64,000 nucleotides of DNA from an uncultured delta proteobacterium (GTDB lineage: Bacteria; Myxococcota; Myxococcia; Myxococcales; Myxococcaceae). Within the stretch, counting starts at the first letter, position 1. The number at the start of each line of letters is the position of its first letter. The notes under the pieces were generated by a model. That model was not told the DNA's origin. It saw only the letters and a list, made by a program, of their open reading frames with translations, and did not search any database. Position numbers and translations under genes: made by a program. This document shows, in pieces, positions 20,085 to 29,823 of the stretch. Location: assembly GCA_963731795.1 (NCBI GenBank), contig CAVSWU010000003.1, forward strand, positions 838,216 to 902,215, written 5' to 3'.

Positions 20085-22214
20085 TCAAGGGTGCGCGATG
20101 AGCAGCAGGGTCGGGGCGCGCGTCATCACACAGTTCAGCGCCTGCCGGAGCGTCTCGGGGTCCAGCGCGGCGAAGCTCTCATCCAGGATGACCAGGTCCG
20201 CCCCCTGGAGAATGGTCCGCGCCACATAGATGCGGCTCTTCTCCCCATGCGAGAGCTGCCAGCCGGTCTCCCCCACCATCTGCATCATGCCTCCCGGCAT
20301 CCGGTCGAGCAGCGCCCCCAGGCCCAGCTCCCGGCAGATCGCCTCTGCTTCCTCGAGATCCACGGTCCGGGGAGGCCACTGCCGGCCCAGCAGCAGGTTG
20401 AAGGCGATCGGTGCGGAGAGGATGTGGTTCTCATGGAACTGGGGCGCGGACGCCACGTGGCGGCGCCAGCCCACGAGCCCCAGCGTGGGCTTGTCCAGCC
20501 CGTGCAACAACAGCAGCCCCTGGCTGGGTGCACGCAGGCCCGCGAGAATGGAGCCAAGCGTGGACTTGCCACTCCCGGACGCGCCCTCGAGCAGGAGCCG
20601 ATCGCCGGCGCGAACTTCCAGGCTGCAGTCGCGCAGCACGGGGCTCGGTCGCCCGGCATGCTGGAACGTGAGCGACTGCGCATCGAGAACGGTCTCCTCC
20701 GGCACACTTCCCTGGCGCGGAGAGGCCGCGAGCGCCGCCGTGGTCGTCACCTCAGCGCGCGCCGTCGCTCGCTGGAGTGGAGCCACCTGCTCCCAAGCCG
20801 CGGCGGCGCCCAGGAGGTCCGGTAACCCCGCGACGAGCAGTCGGAAGGCACGAAAGGCCAGCAGGAGCCCCCCGAGCGCAAGCGCGAGCCCAACCGGTTG
20901 AGTCCTCCCCTCGACGAACGCGTGCCCGAGCGTGGCGACGGCTACCACCAACCAGCCGCGCGGCACCAGGACCACCATCCAGGCGTACATCCGGTCCAGC
21001 CTCCGAGACGCCTCGAGGTATTGCTCAAGCGCGAGGTCATCGGCCCGGTACCAGCGCTCCTGGGCTTCCTGAGCCACGCGGGTCCGGTGACCCGCCATCT
21101 CCTCCACCAGCCCATGGGTCATCGTCATGCGGATGCGTGTCCACAGCTGGCGCTGCCGCATGTAGCGCACCGACAGCAGGACGGTCAGTCCCACCCAGGC
21201 GAGCAACCCCAGGTTCTGCGCCCACCCGTACGGTCCGAGGCCGAGCACGACTGCCGCCATGCCGAGCTCGACCATCGCCACCACACAGACGAGCCCGCCC
21301 CCGACGGTGAGCGTCTCGATGGCATCGGCCTCGATGACCCGGCCGAGCAACCGCCCTGCCCCCTCATGTCGTATCTCGCCCGGATCGAGCAGCAGTGCCC
21401 CGAACAGCAGGCGCTGCTTGAGCGCGCTGCCCAGCTCGATTCCCATGAGCCCCGCGAGCCAGCTGGAGGCAATCCGGAACGGCAATGTACAGATGAGCAG
21501 CAATCCCCAAGCGACCAGCCAGGACAGCTCGAGGTTCCCTGACAGCACGCTCCGTCCCACCACCCACCAGGAGAACAGGAGCAGGGCGTACTCGGCGGCG
21601 CGCGCGAGCAGGAGCACCGCCAGATGACGGCCCAGCCGCGCCAGGGAGAGCTGCCCTAGCAGTCCGGCGCCGGGTTGCCGGCGGAGCAACCAGCACCCCC
21701 GCAGCACGGTGCCCCCGAGTTGATCGCGGAGGATTGCGCGGCGAGAGCGGGCACGCTGGCGCTCAGGAACGTCGGCGCTCTCGAGCACGACGTCGACCGC
21801 GGGCAGCAGCGGCGCCTCGACAATCTCGCAGAAGGCCGAGCGTACCACCTCCACGTCAACCTCCACCCTCTCATCCTCCGTGGTGCGGAGATGGACCCTG
21901 CCGCGGCGGCTCCCCACGAGCACGAGGAAGCGCGGCTCGGGGCCGAAGAGCCGCACAATGGAGGGCCCGGCATGGCGCAGGAGTGCCTCCACATCCTTGT
22001 AGCGAGCCTCTGCGTACTCGGCCTCGAGGCCCAACCAGCTCGCGGCGCCCTCCATCCAGCGCGCCAGCGCAAGGCCCCCGGGCTGAACAAGGTCAGCGGC
22101 GGGAGCAGGCAGCCCCGTGGTACGCACGGGAAGCCCTGCCGCTCGCACGAGGACCTCTATCGCCTCACCCAGGCGGTGGAGGGGCCAGCACGCCTCCGGC
22201 GGAAGGACGCTCAT
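20085..22214 (-). CDS. ABC transporter with fused permease and ATPase, and a ~180-aa N-terminal accessory domain (NHLM/bacteriocin-exporter partner type).
   Basis: Six predicted TM helices followed by LLLEGASGSGKSTLGSILAGL...LSHGEKSRIYVARTIL...LVILDESFAALD (Walker A, signature, Walker B). Its ATG overlaps the upstream gene's stop (ATGA). Confidence 0.8.
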   Translation of the reverse strand: MSVLPPEACWPLHRLGEAIEVLVRAAGLPVRTTGLPAPAADLVQPGGLALARWMEGAASWLGLEAEYAEARYKDVEALLRHAGPSIVRLFGPEPRFLVLVGSRRGRVHLRTTEDERVEVDVEVVRSAFCEIVEAPLLPAVDVVLESADVPERQRARSRRAILRDQLGGTVLRGCWLLRRQPGAGLLGQLSLARLGRHLAVLLLARAAEYALLLFSWWVVGRSVLSGNLELSWLVAWGLLLICTLPFRIASSWLAGLMGIELGSALKQRLLFGALLLDPGEIRHEGAGRLLGRVIEADAIETLTVGGGLVCVVAMVELGMAAVVLGLGPYGWAQNLGLLAWVGLTVLLSVRYMRQRQLWTRIRMTMTHGLVEEMAGHRTRVAQEAQERWYRADDLALEQYLEASRRLDRMYAWMVVLVPRGWLVVAVATLGHAFVEGRTQPVGLALALGGLLLAFRAFRLLVAGLPDLLGAAAAWEQVAPLQRATARAEVTTTAALAASPRQGSVPEETVLDAQSLTFQHAGRPSPVLRDCSLEVRAGDRLLLEGASGSGKSTLGSILAGLRAPSQGLLLLHGLDKPTLGLVGWRRHVASAPQFHENHILSAPIAFNLLLGRQWPPRTVDLEEAEAICRELGLGALLDRMPGGMMQMVGETGWQLSHGEKSRIYVARTILQGADLVILDESFAALDPETLRQALNCVMTRAPTLLLIAHP

Positions 22215-24896
22215 GAGGTGCGCTCCTTCTCAATAGGCCGGCCGTCCACCATCCGCAGCCGGCGCCATGCGGCACTCGCCCAGAGCTCCTGGCGGACCTG
22301 CGCCTCGGTCTCCAGCAGGGCGCGATAGCGGGAGCCCTCGCGGGCCGCGAGCACCGTGGGAGGCCCATCCTCGATGATGCGCCCCTCGTCCATCACGACG
22401 ACGCGATCGAACCCGCGCGTCTCCGCGAGATCGTGGGTGATGCAGAGCATCGTCACCCCTGCCCACGCCTCGCGGCTCCGCGCGAGCAGCACGCGGCGAA
22501 GATCGCGGTCGAGTCCGCGGAAGGGCTCATCCAGGACCGCGAGCCGCACCCCCGGGCGCAGCAGTGCGCGGCCCAACCGCACGCGCTGCCCTTCTCCTCC
22601 GGAGACGAGCGCACCGCCCTCGCCCAGCGACGTCTGCAGCCCGTCCGGCATGGCCTCGAGCACCCGCTGCAGCTCGACAGCCTTGATGACACGCCCCACC
22701 CCCTTCAGGCCCTCGGAGCCATAGGTGAGGTTGTCGATGAACGAGCTGTTCCAGAGCTGCACCGCGGGCTCCACCCAGGCCGTCCGCCGCCGTAGCGCCT
22801 CGAGGCGGCCGGCGCTCAGCGGACGCCCATCCATCAGGACCCCTCCCTCACTGGCTCGATGCCAGCCGAGCACCAGGCCCACCAGCGTCGACTTGCCGGC
22901 TCCGGAGGCGCCCACGACGGCCACGTGCTCGCCGGGAGCAATCTCGAGCTCCACGCCGCTCAAGAGCGTATTCCCGGCCGCGACGACACTGACGCCCTCG
23001 AAGCGCAGGGCCACAGGCGCGTCCTCGGCATGGGGGAGCTCCTCGCCCCGCGCCTCTTCATCCGGCGCGCGAGGCTCTTCCAGCGCGCCAAGAGGCTCGA
23101 ACAACCGCAGGACGATGTTGCGGTGCCGCGGGAGCTGCCTGGCCAGGAGGGCAAGCTCCTGCCCGAGGGCCGGGATGTTCAGCGCCCAGAACAGGAGGAG
23201 CAGCGTGCCCGACATCCCCTCCATGTGGGGCAGGGCTCCGACGAAGAGCCACGTGGCGAAGCCCAGGGCGATGACCGTGGTGAGGACATCCGTCATCACC
23301 CCCGTCCGCAGCAGCGACTTCGCGGCCCTCGCCCATTCGACCAGCAAGCCCTCGTGCTCCCGCCGTACCATCCGCTCTGCGCCGTGCGTGCGGATGGCCG
23401 TCAGCCCGAGCAGCGCATCCAGGTAGAAGCGAGTGAGTCCTCCCGCATGGCTGCGGACACGCAGATCGCGCTCGATGAACGGCTTCTGGAGGACCAGGGG
23501 AACGAGCACGGCGGCGACCGCGGCGGCAATGGCGCGCGGAGCGCTGCTGGGATCGAGCCAGATGATGCCTGTCGCGCTCAGCACCATCTCCATGACCTGG
23601 CGCAAGAACCTGCCCGCGAGCTCCGGGGAGCTGGCGCAGCTGATGGCTGTTGTGGCAGCGCTCGGCCATGTCGGACATCGGGCGGCTCTGGAGGTAGCGA
23701 TCTCCAAGCCGGGGAATCTTCTGCACGAAGGCGATGCGCAGGCGTGCCTCGAGGTGGCGCCCGAGCCACTGGGTGCCCAGCACGAGGGGCACCTCGAGAA
23801 GGAAGAGGGCCATGAGGAAGGCGAGCAGCGCGGCGAGCGTACCGAGGCGCTGCTCGAACAGCACCAGCTTCGCTCCCACGTCGAGCATGCTCTTGAACAG
23901 GATGGCCAGGACTGCCATGGCGGCCGCCGCAACGGCGAAGCCGGCCGCGAGCATGGAGATGGTGAGGACACCACTCTGGCGAACCAGGCGCAGCAGCTCC
24001 CGGCCAGGACGCGCCTGCGGCTCGCGCAGCGCGGCCACCAACTCCGGAGAGCGCGGCTCCGGGACAGGCACGCCCTCGCCAGCCGCCTTCCGCGTGCCAC
24101 GGATGGTGATGAGGACCGCCCCGCGCAGCGACAAGCTCTCTCCCAGCTCCGGTGAGGGCGGCGCTGGCCGGACACACCAGAACATCTCGGGGATCACCTG
24201 GGTCTCGTCCCCCTCCCCCGCGGCCTCCCGGGCCGTGGACACGAGGTGCTCGAGCAGCCGAGCCGTCCTGGGACCTCGCGGCATGCCCCTCGATGCGGCG
24301 ATGGACTCGACCATCCGCACCGCGGCGTCGAGCCTCGCCGTCCCCCTCCACCCGGGCTCCGCCATGGCCGCGTCGATCAGCCTCGACCCTTCGTCCGCGA
24401 GGCCAACGCGGCGGCACCGCTGCCGGAGAACCCGCAGGAACGCGGGCGCCGCCGCGAAGGCCGTCCAGCTCGGCACCTGGATGAGCGAGGTGTGGACATA
24501 GACATCCTTGAGGAGTTCCTGGCAGGTGGTCCAGCGGCGGCCCGATGCCGGATCCATGAGCTGGATGAGAGGCCCCAGTCGCTTCCAGAGCACGACGAAG
24601 TGCGGGGCTCCGCTGGGCAGGCGCACGACAAGGATTGCGGGGATCGCCTCGGCCTCGTGGAGCAGGAGGTGATCGACCGGAGTCATGAACTGCTCGGCAT
24701 CCAGCCCGAGCTCGAGCGCGACCTCCTCGATGGTGTCGATGGATGTCCCATCGACGTCTGTCTGACAGGCCTCGCGCAGCCGGCCGTAGCTCACGTGAAC
24801 GCCCCACCCCTCGAGCAGGCACTTCAGCGACGCCGGGCCGCAATCCATGGCCGAAGTCTGTACTACCTCTGGAGCGAGCACGTTTCGGCGCATCAT
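22211..24896 (-). CDS. Peptidase-C39-domain ABC transporter (bacteriocin/RiPP-type maturation-secretion protein), frameshifted by 1 nt near 23623-23628.
   Basis: N-terminus: VVQTSAMDCGPASLKCLLEGWGVHVSYGRL...HFVVLWKR (C39 Cys/His). TM region, then VVGASGAGKSTLVGLV...LVSGGEGQRVRLGRAL...LAVLDEPFRGLD. The two halves are in different frames, joined at ...SHQLRQLP|ELAGRFLRQVMEM across a cccc run. Confidence 0.8.
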
Positions 24897-24902
24897 GGGT
24901 CC

Positions 24903-26081
24903 TCAGGCTCCTGTGCCACCACTCGCCTGACGCCTCTCGAGCATCCGGCCAGCGGCACGAAGGACGAGTTCCGCGGGCGAGGCTCGCTCCACCTGCACCT
25001 CCACTGAACCTGGCAGTCCATGCTGCAGGGGGATGGCAGGCGGCGCATGCCCCACGATGCGCAGCTCCACGCGCACCTTGCCATCGCGGACCTCGCTGCC
25101 GACACTCTCCACGAAGAGCTGCAGCATTCCGTACTCGGCCCATGGAAATCCGTCCAAGCGCAGCCGCGCCTGCTGACCAGGCCGAATGCGCCCGAGCGCC
25201 ACGTCCGGCGGAAAATCGGCGGTGACCTGCAGCCCTCCGGGTGGAACGACTGCGCTCAGCCGGAGCCCCTTGGTCACGACGGAGCCAGGCTGGAGCACCA
25301 CAATCTCCCCCAGCTTGCCGCTCGCGGGAGCCCGGATGCTCCGCAGCTCGATGGCGTGCTGCAGCGCCTCGATGTCCGCCTGCGCCTGCGCCTGCTGCCC
25401 GCGAAGCAGCTCGAGCTCACGTGCAAGCTTGGCGAGGTCCGTCTCCAGCTCCTCTCGCTTGAGGCGGTTCTCCGCGTCGATGCGGCCGACCCCCTCCTTC
25501 CAGGCCTTGGCATCGGCGCCCTGCTGCCGTTCCTCGGCGGTCATCCTGTCGCGCTCGGCCACCGAGATCATCCCCTTCTCCTGGAGGATGGCGGAGCGCT
25601 CTGCCTCGGACTGGGCGAGCCTGGCCCGCGCCGTGGCGCCCTGCTGGCGAGCGCGCGCCTCCGCGAGCTGCGTTCGCGCGACCCGCTCGTGCTCAGCCAG
25701 GGTCCGTGTCTGTGCCTCGACTTCCCGCTCGAGCAGTCCGTGCTGCGATGCCAGGCTCTCCACGAGCTTCCGCTTGGCGGCCAGCTCAATCTCGAGCGCC
25801 GCAGTATCGAGCCGGACGAGCACCTCCCCTGCCTCGACCTGCCTGTCGAGCGCCAGGGCGGATGACACCACCTTGCCGTCGACCTCCGACTCGATGGGGT
25901 GCACCGCCCCCCCCACCTCGACCCTCGCATCCGAACTCACCGCATAGACGGAGATGCGGAAGATGAGAAACCACGCGCCCCATACACCGCACAGCAGCAC
26001 GGCAATGACGAGCCACCGGCGGTAGCGGTGCGCCCCGTCGGCGGCGAGGGAGCGCAGGGAGCGATGGAATGGTATCGACAT
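24903..26081 (-). CDS. HlyD-family membrane fusion / secretion protein.
   Basis: N-terminal TM (WLVIAVLLCGVWGAWFLIF), a long coiled-coil (LEIELAAKRKLVESLASQHGLLEREVEAQ...), and a C-terminal β-barrel region (IRAPASGKLGEIVVLQPGSVV). Confidence 0.8.
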   Translation of the reverse strand: MSIPFHRSLRSLAADGAHRYRRWLVIAVLLCGVWGAWFLIFRISVYAVSSDARVEVGGAVHPIESEVDGKVVSSALALDRQVEAGEVLVRLDTAALEIELAAKRKLVESLASQHGLLEREVEAQTRTLAEHERVARTQLAEARARQQGATARARLAQSEAERSAILQEKGMISVAERDRMTAEERQQGADAKAWKEGVGRIDAENRLKREELETDLAKLARELELLRGQQAQAQADIEALQHAIELRSIRAPASGKLGEIVVLQPGSVVTKGLRLSAVVPPGGLQVTADFPPDVALGRIRPGQQARLRLDGFPWAEYGMLQLFVESVGSEVRDGKVRVELRIVGHAPPAIPLQHGLPGSVEVQVERASPAELVLRAAGRMLERRQASGGTGA

Positions 26082-26090
26082 ACCCGCAGC

Positions 26091-27647
26091 TCAAGAAGCA
26101 CGCTGCTCCGCGGAGCGCGCCGGGGTCATGGACGGTGGAGGAACCTTCGGCAACACCCGGAAGAAGCGCTGCTCGCCCCGCCGGTAGTACGCCAGCAGGT
26201 CATCCCAGGCGCGGTAGTTGAGCTCCAGGACCAGGAGCATGTAGCCCATGGCCAGGCGCTGGACCGCGGGAGAGACCGTCTTGACCTCCGCCATCATCAA
26301 CCGCGGGATGCTGGTGTGATGATACTTCTCGTTGAGGAGGATGTGCTTGTCGAGCGACATGAACTCCCCCACGAGTCGCTTGTACGGTTCGTCCAGCGGG
26401 GAGTCGGCACCGAGCACGCCTTCGGTGATGAAGATGGATACGATATAGGCGACAGGGTCCATCATCCCCAGTTGCGTGAAGACATCCACGTAGGCGTAGT
26501 GCAGCGGCAGCGGCTGAGCGCCCTTGATCTGCTCCTCGGACAGGCCCAGCTCGCGGCAACTCTGGTACTCGAGCGCGTCATGCCCGACCTCCTCCGCGTA
26601 GTACCGGAACGCCTTCGTCCGCAGAGAGGCATTCAGGCGCCTGGGCAGGAGCGTGGCGACAATCTCGGGGAAGCGGGTCGTCACGAGGTAGTCCTGCAGG
26701 TAGCGCCCGTGGACCAGGATGAGATCCGCATCCGGGCCGGAGAGTGCCTTCAGGTACTCGGGCTCGCCGACCCGGATTGACAGCTCACGGCCGACCCGCT
26801 CGATCTCCAGCATGAACTCGATGCCCGTCATGCACTCCCTGGGCTCGTACGGCGCCTCGCAAAAGCGCCGGGACCTGGAAGCATCCGTGCCGCTGACCAG
26901 ACACTCCGCGAGCCCGTTGAGATGGCGCTGCGCATCCACGGAGGAGTACGCGCCGCCTGCGAGCTCGCAGAGCAGCTCATTCAGGCCAGGCTGCGCTCCC
27001 GTCTCTGCCTCGAGCCGGCTCTGGAGCAGCAGCAGCGCCTGCGTGCAGCACACCAGCGACAAGGGCGCGAGCCCCCGCTGGTAGAGCCCCTGCACCGCAG
27101 CGATCTGCTGATAGAAGTTGCCCAGGCGCAGGATCTCCGGAGCGCTGAGCTGTCGGTGCTCCGTCGGCGGCAGCGGCTTCTGCAGGGGCAGCGTCCGCGA
27201 GAACTCCGACGTCAGCCCCGTGTAATGCGCACCGAGCGTGCGGACATTCGCGAGGAGCGCCTGCCGCCGTCCCGGTTCCACCTCCTGCAGCACCGCCTCG
27301 ACACAGGCGGCAATCGAGTCACTGAGCCGGGTCACCTCGGCATCCCGGCGGCTCTTGACCTCGTGCGCGGCATCCCGCAACAGGCCCAGGTAGTCCATCG
27401 TCGTGAGCAGCTCGCGCCAGTCAGCGTCCGGGGGAGCGGACAGGACCTCCTTCCAGGTGGGCGACCCGGGCTTCCGCAGCGCATCCAACCGGGTGACGAT
27501 GTCCTGAGGCGTCGTGGAGCTTCCGTGCTCGATCACGTACTCATTGGCCTCAGCCGTGACACACACCTCGCCGGTCGCCTCATCAATCCGCACGCCTGAG
27601 ATTGCAAGATACGGAGACTCATACTTCGTGATGCTCCAGGCTTCCAT
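26091..27647 (-). CDS. RRE (PqqD-like) domain fused to a heme-oxygenase-like (PF14518/iron-containing redox enzyme family) domain. This is the large paralog, 518 aa.
   Basis: N-terminus: ISGVRIDEATGEVCVTAEANEYVIEHGSSTTPQDIVTRLDAL...LLTTMDYLGLL (PqqD-like). C-terminus: AFRYYAEEVGHDALEYQSCRELG...EKYHHTSI, with E/H motifs shared with the two downstream paralogs. Confidence 0.6.
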   Translation of the reverse strand: MEAWSITKYESPYLAISGVRIDEATGEVCVTAEANEYVIEHGSSTTPQDIVTRLDALRKPGSPTWKEVLSAPPDADWRELLTTMDYLGLLRDAAHEVKSRRDAEVTRLSDSIAACVEAVLQEVEPGRRQALLANVRTLGAHYTGLTSEFSRTLPLQKPLPPTEHRQLSAPEILRLGNFYQQIAAVQGLYQRGLAPLSLVCCTQALLLLQSRLEAETGAQPGLNELLCELAGGAYSSVDAQRHLNGLAECLVSGTDASRSRRFCEAPYEPRECMTGIEFMLEIERVGRELSIRVGEPEYLKALSGPDADLILVHGRYLQDYLVTTRFPEIVATLLPRRLNASLRTKAFRYYAEEVGHDALEYQSCRELGLSEEQIKGAQPLPLHYAYVDVFTQLGMMDPVAYIVSIFITEGVLGADSPLDEPYKRLVGEFMSLDKHILLNEKYHHTSIPRLMMAEVKTVSPAVQRLAMGYMLLVLELNYRAWDDLLAYYRRGEQRFFRVLPKVPPPSMTPARSAEQRAS

Positions 27648-27674
27648 GGCACTGACTCCTCAAGCAAAGCATGC

Positions 27675-28670
27675 TCAGTCGAACACGCGGGGGATACGGC
27701 TCTCCGGCCTGCCGTAGTAATCGACGATCTGCCCATCCATGATGACCAGGGACTCGACGAGGATGCCCATGTGGAGCATGACGATCCGTTGCTCCTCGTC
27801 CGAGACGCTCGGGACCTCGGCGAACAGGACTTCGCTGATCTCCTCGTGGTCGCCGTCCTTGTTGATGAAGGCATGGTCGAGGATGGGCTTGTGGAATGCC
27901 TCCGGCAGTCCAACCTCCACGCATCGCTTCTTGAATGCCTCGTGGAACTCCTCGCTCGTCTCCTCGAAGAGGAAGAGGGCCGCCTTGAACGAGAGCGGAT
28001 GCTGGCGGGCGTACACCCCTAGCGAGGAGCAGAGGGTGAACGTCATGGGCAGTGGCACCAGCCGGTCCAGCTCCTTGCGCCCGATGCCCACGGCGGCCAG
28101 CGAGCGCTCGATGAGGCGGTCATGGTGGAGCTCGGACACGAAGAAGTCCTGCAAGGTGCTCAGCGTCTTCCTCGTGTCATGGTGCGACAGCGCGGGGGCC
28201 AGCAGCCCCGGGCACATGCGAACGATGTGGTAGTACTCGAGCACGTAGCCGATGAGCTGCTCGCGGCCCAGGCTGCCATCCACCAGGCCCTGGTAGAACG
28301 AGCGGGCGCTGTACTTGCGCTTCGCGCGCTCCATGAAGCGCTGCAGCTCCCGGTAGAACTGCGCCCCGCGCTTGGCCTTCCGCGGCTGGGTGGACGTCTC
28401 GGTGAGCAGGCCCAGGCGATCGAGATCCCGGCAGATCCGGCCGACCTCCCTGGAGAGCGCCGGCAGCCTCGTCGAGAGCTCCTCCAGGGAGTTTCCTCCA
28501 CGCTGAAGCATGTCGAGCAGGCGCACCGAGTCCGTGCGCGTCTCCGGCGCCAGCTCGAGCTCGTACTCCTCGTCGCGGTACTGGAGGACGACGATACCGT
28601 CCGTGCTCGTCCGCATCGTGACCGCCTCACGCAGACGCGGCTGTTGGAAGAAATTAGTCGTTACAGTCAT
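27675..28670 (-). CDS. RRE (PqqD-like) domain fused to a heme-oxygenase-like (PF14518-type) putative di-iron oxidase, paralog B.
   Basis: N-terminus: GIVVLQYRDEEYELELAPETRTDSVRLLDMLQRGGNSLEELSTRL...ICRDLDRLGLL. C-terminus: LEYYHIVRMCPG...FVSELHHDRLIERSLAAVGI...FEETSEEFHEAF...ILDHAFINKDGDHEE. Confidence 0.65.
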   Translation of the reverse strand: MTVTTNFFQQPRLREAVTMRTSTDGIVVLQYRDEEYELELAPETRTDSVRLLDMLQRGGNSLEELSTRLPALSREVGRICRDLDRLGLLTETSTQPRKAKRGAQFYRELQRFMERAKRKYSARSFYQGLVDGSLGREQLIGYVLEYYHIVRMCPGLLAPALSHHDTRKTLSTLQDFFVSELHHDRLIERSLAAVGIGRKELDRLVPLPMTFTLCSSLGVYARQHPLSFKAALFLFEETSEEFHEAFKKRCVEVGLPEAFHKPILDHAFINKDGDHEEISEVLFAEVPSVSDEEQRIVMLHMGILVESLVIMDGQIVDYYGRPESRIPRVFD

Positions 28671-28703
28671 GGTCGCCTCGAAGGCAGCAGCGCTGCCCCG
28701 GAA

Positions 28704-29696
28704 TCAGATGGCCGACAACCGGCGCACGAGCTCCTCCGCACCCGTCTTGGGGGAGTAGAACTTCCAGATGGCGGTGTAGAAGTCGTCGTACATCTCGACG
28801 AACAGCCGCATCTCCCGCCGCAGCCGCGCCATGGTCTCATCATCCACGAAGGGGATCTCCGCGAAGAGGAGGCGTGTCAGGTTGCCGTGCTCTCCCTTGC
28901 GGTTGATCTCCGAGTGGTCACGCATCGGCTTGATGAACCCGGGGGGCAGCTGGGCCTTCTTGCAAGCCTCGATGAAGAGGTCCTCCTCGGGGTCCTTGCC
29001 CTCGAGCACCCCCAGCGTGGCGAAGAAGAAGAGGGGATCGCTGGCCGCCCAGTACGAGAGCGCATTGCACAGCGCCAGCGTCTCGGGCAGGGGCATCATG
29101 TCCTGCACGTCGGCGCGGCTGAGCCCGAGCGCGAAGATCGCCTTGATGATGATCTCGTCGTGGCCGTACTCGCTGCAGTAGAACTCGTTCATCAGCTGGC
29201 GGACCCGGGTGTTCGGGATGTAGGGCAACACCGGGGAATCAAAGAGGCTCTCGCGGAACAAGAAGTGGTAGTTCTCGATGGCAAGGCCATAGAAGGCCGT
29301 CCTGGGACAGCCGACCGGGTCCTCCAGCAGGTGGGTCCAGAAGATGTTGCGGTTGATGCTCTTCTCCATCAACGCGTTGGCGAGGTCCTCGAGCTCGAGC
29401 AGCGCCTGGGAGCCCGTGCGAAGCTCGAGGGTGCTCGCATCGTCGAGCAGTCGGCAGCGCTCCAGGTCCTCCAGCAGGCTCCCGAAGCGCTGCCGCTGGT
29501 CCGTGTCCAGCCCTCGCTGAATATCGCGGACCGTGCGTCTCCCATCCAGCTGCTTGAGAAAGCCATGGATGTCTTCAGTGGACGAGCCCTCGGGCTCCAG
29601 GGCGAACTCCACCCCATCCCGGGCCAGCGAAAGCTCGGCGTCTGTGATTGAGACCTCGCCAATCAGACGAGGGCGAGAGTCAGGTGACTCGAACAT
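28704..29696 (-). CDS. RRE (PqqD-like) domain fused to a heme-oxygenase-like (PF14518-type) putative di-iron oxidase, paralog C.
   Basis: Start at MFESPDSRPRLIGEVSITDAELSLARDGVEFALEPEGSSTEDIHGFLKQLDGRRTVRDIQ (PqqD-like). Then AIENYHFLFRES...EFYCSEYGHDEIIIKAIFALGL...MRDHSEINRKGEHGN. Confidence 0.65.
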   Translation of the reverse strand: MFESPDSRPRLIGEVSITDAELSLARDGVEFALEPEGSSTEDIHGFLKQLDGRRTVRDIQRGLDTDQRQRFGSLLEDLERCRLLDDASTLELRTGSQALLELEDLANALMEKSINRNIFWTHLLEDPVGCPRTAFYGLAIENYHFLFRESLFDSPVLPYIPNTRVRQLMNEFYCSEYGHDEIIIKAIFALGLSRADVQDMMPLPETLALCNALSYWAASDPLFFFATLGVLEGKDPEEDLFIEACKKAQLPPGFIKPMRDHSEINRKGEHGNLTRLLFAEIPFVDDETMARLRREMRLFVEMYDDFYTAIWKFYSPKTGAEELVRRLSAI

Positions 29697-29776
29697 GGTG
29701 TCGCTCTCCCTTGATGTTGAACTCGAGTGGCCGCGGTGGATGGGTGACACAGTCCATACACGTCTGGCGACCCGCC

Positions 29777-29802
29777 CCGGAGCAGTGAGCTCACCGCTCC
29801 GG
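29777..29802 (-). promoter_or_regulatory. Strong RNA hairpin in the 128-nt spacer between the peptide gene and the first modification-enzyme gene, an attenuator or processing site candidate.
   Basis: The mRNA strand CCGGAGCGGUGAGCUCACUGCUCCGG forms an 11-bp stem (one G-U pair) with an AGCU loop. It is GC-rich with no U-tract. Confidence 0.5.
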
Positions 29803-29823
29803 GACGCTTTCCACCTGGGACAA

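Noticed and set aside
28122-29651. A 509-aa plus-strand ORF across the RRE-HDO genes.
   Set aside because: No motifs. It is antisense to two well-supported paralogous genes.
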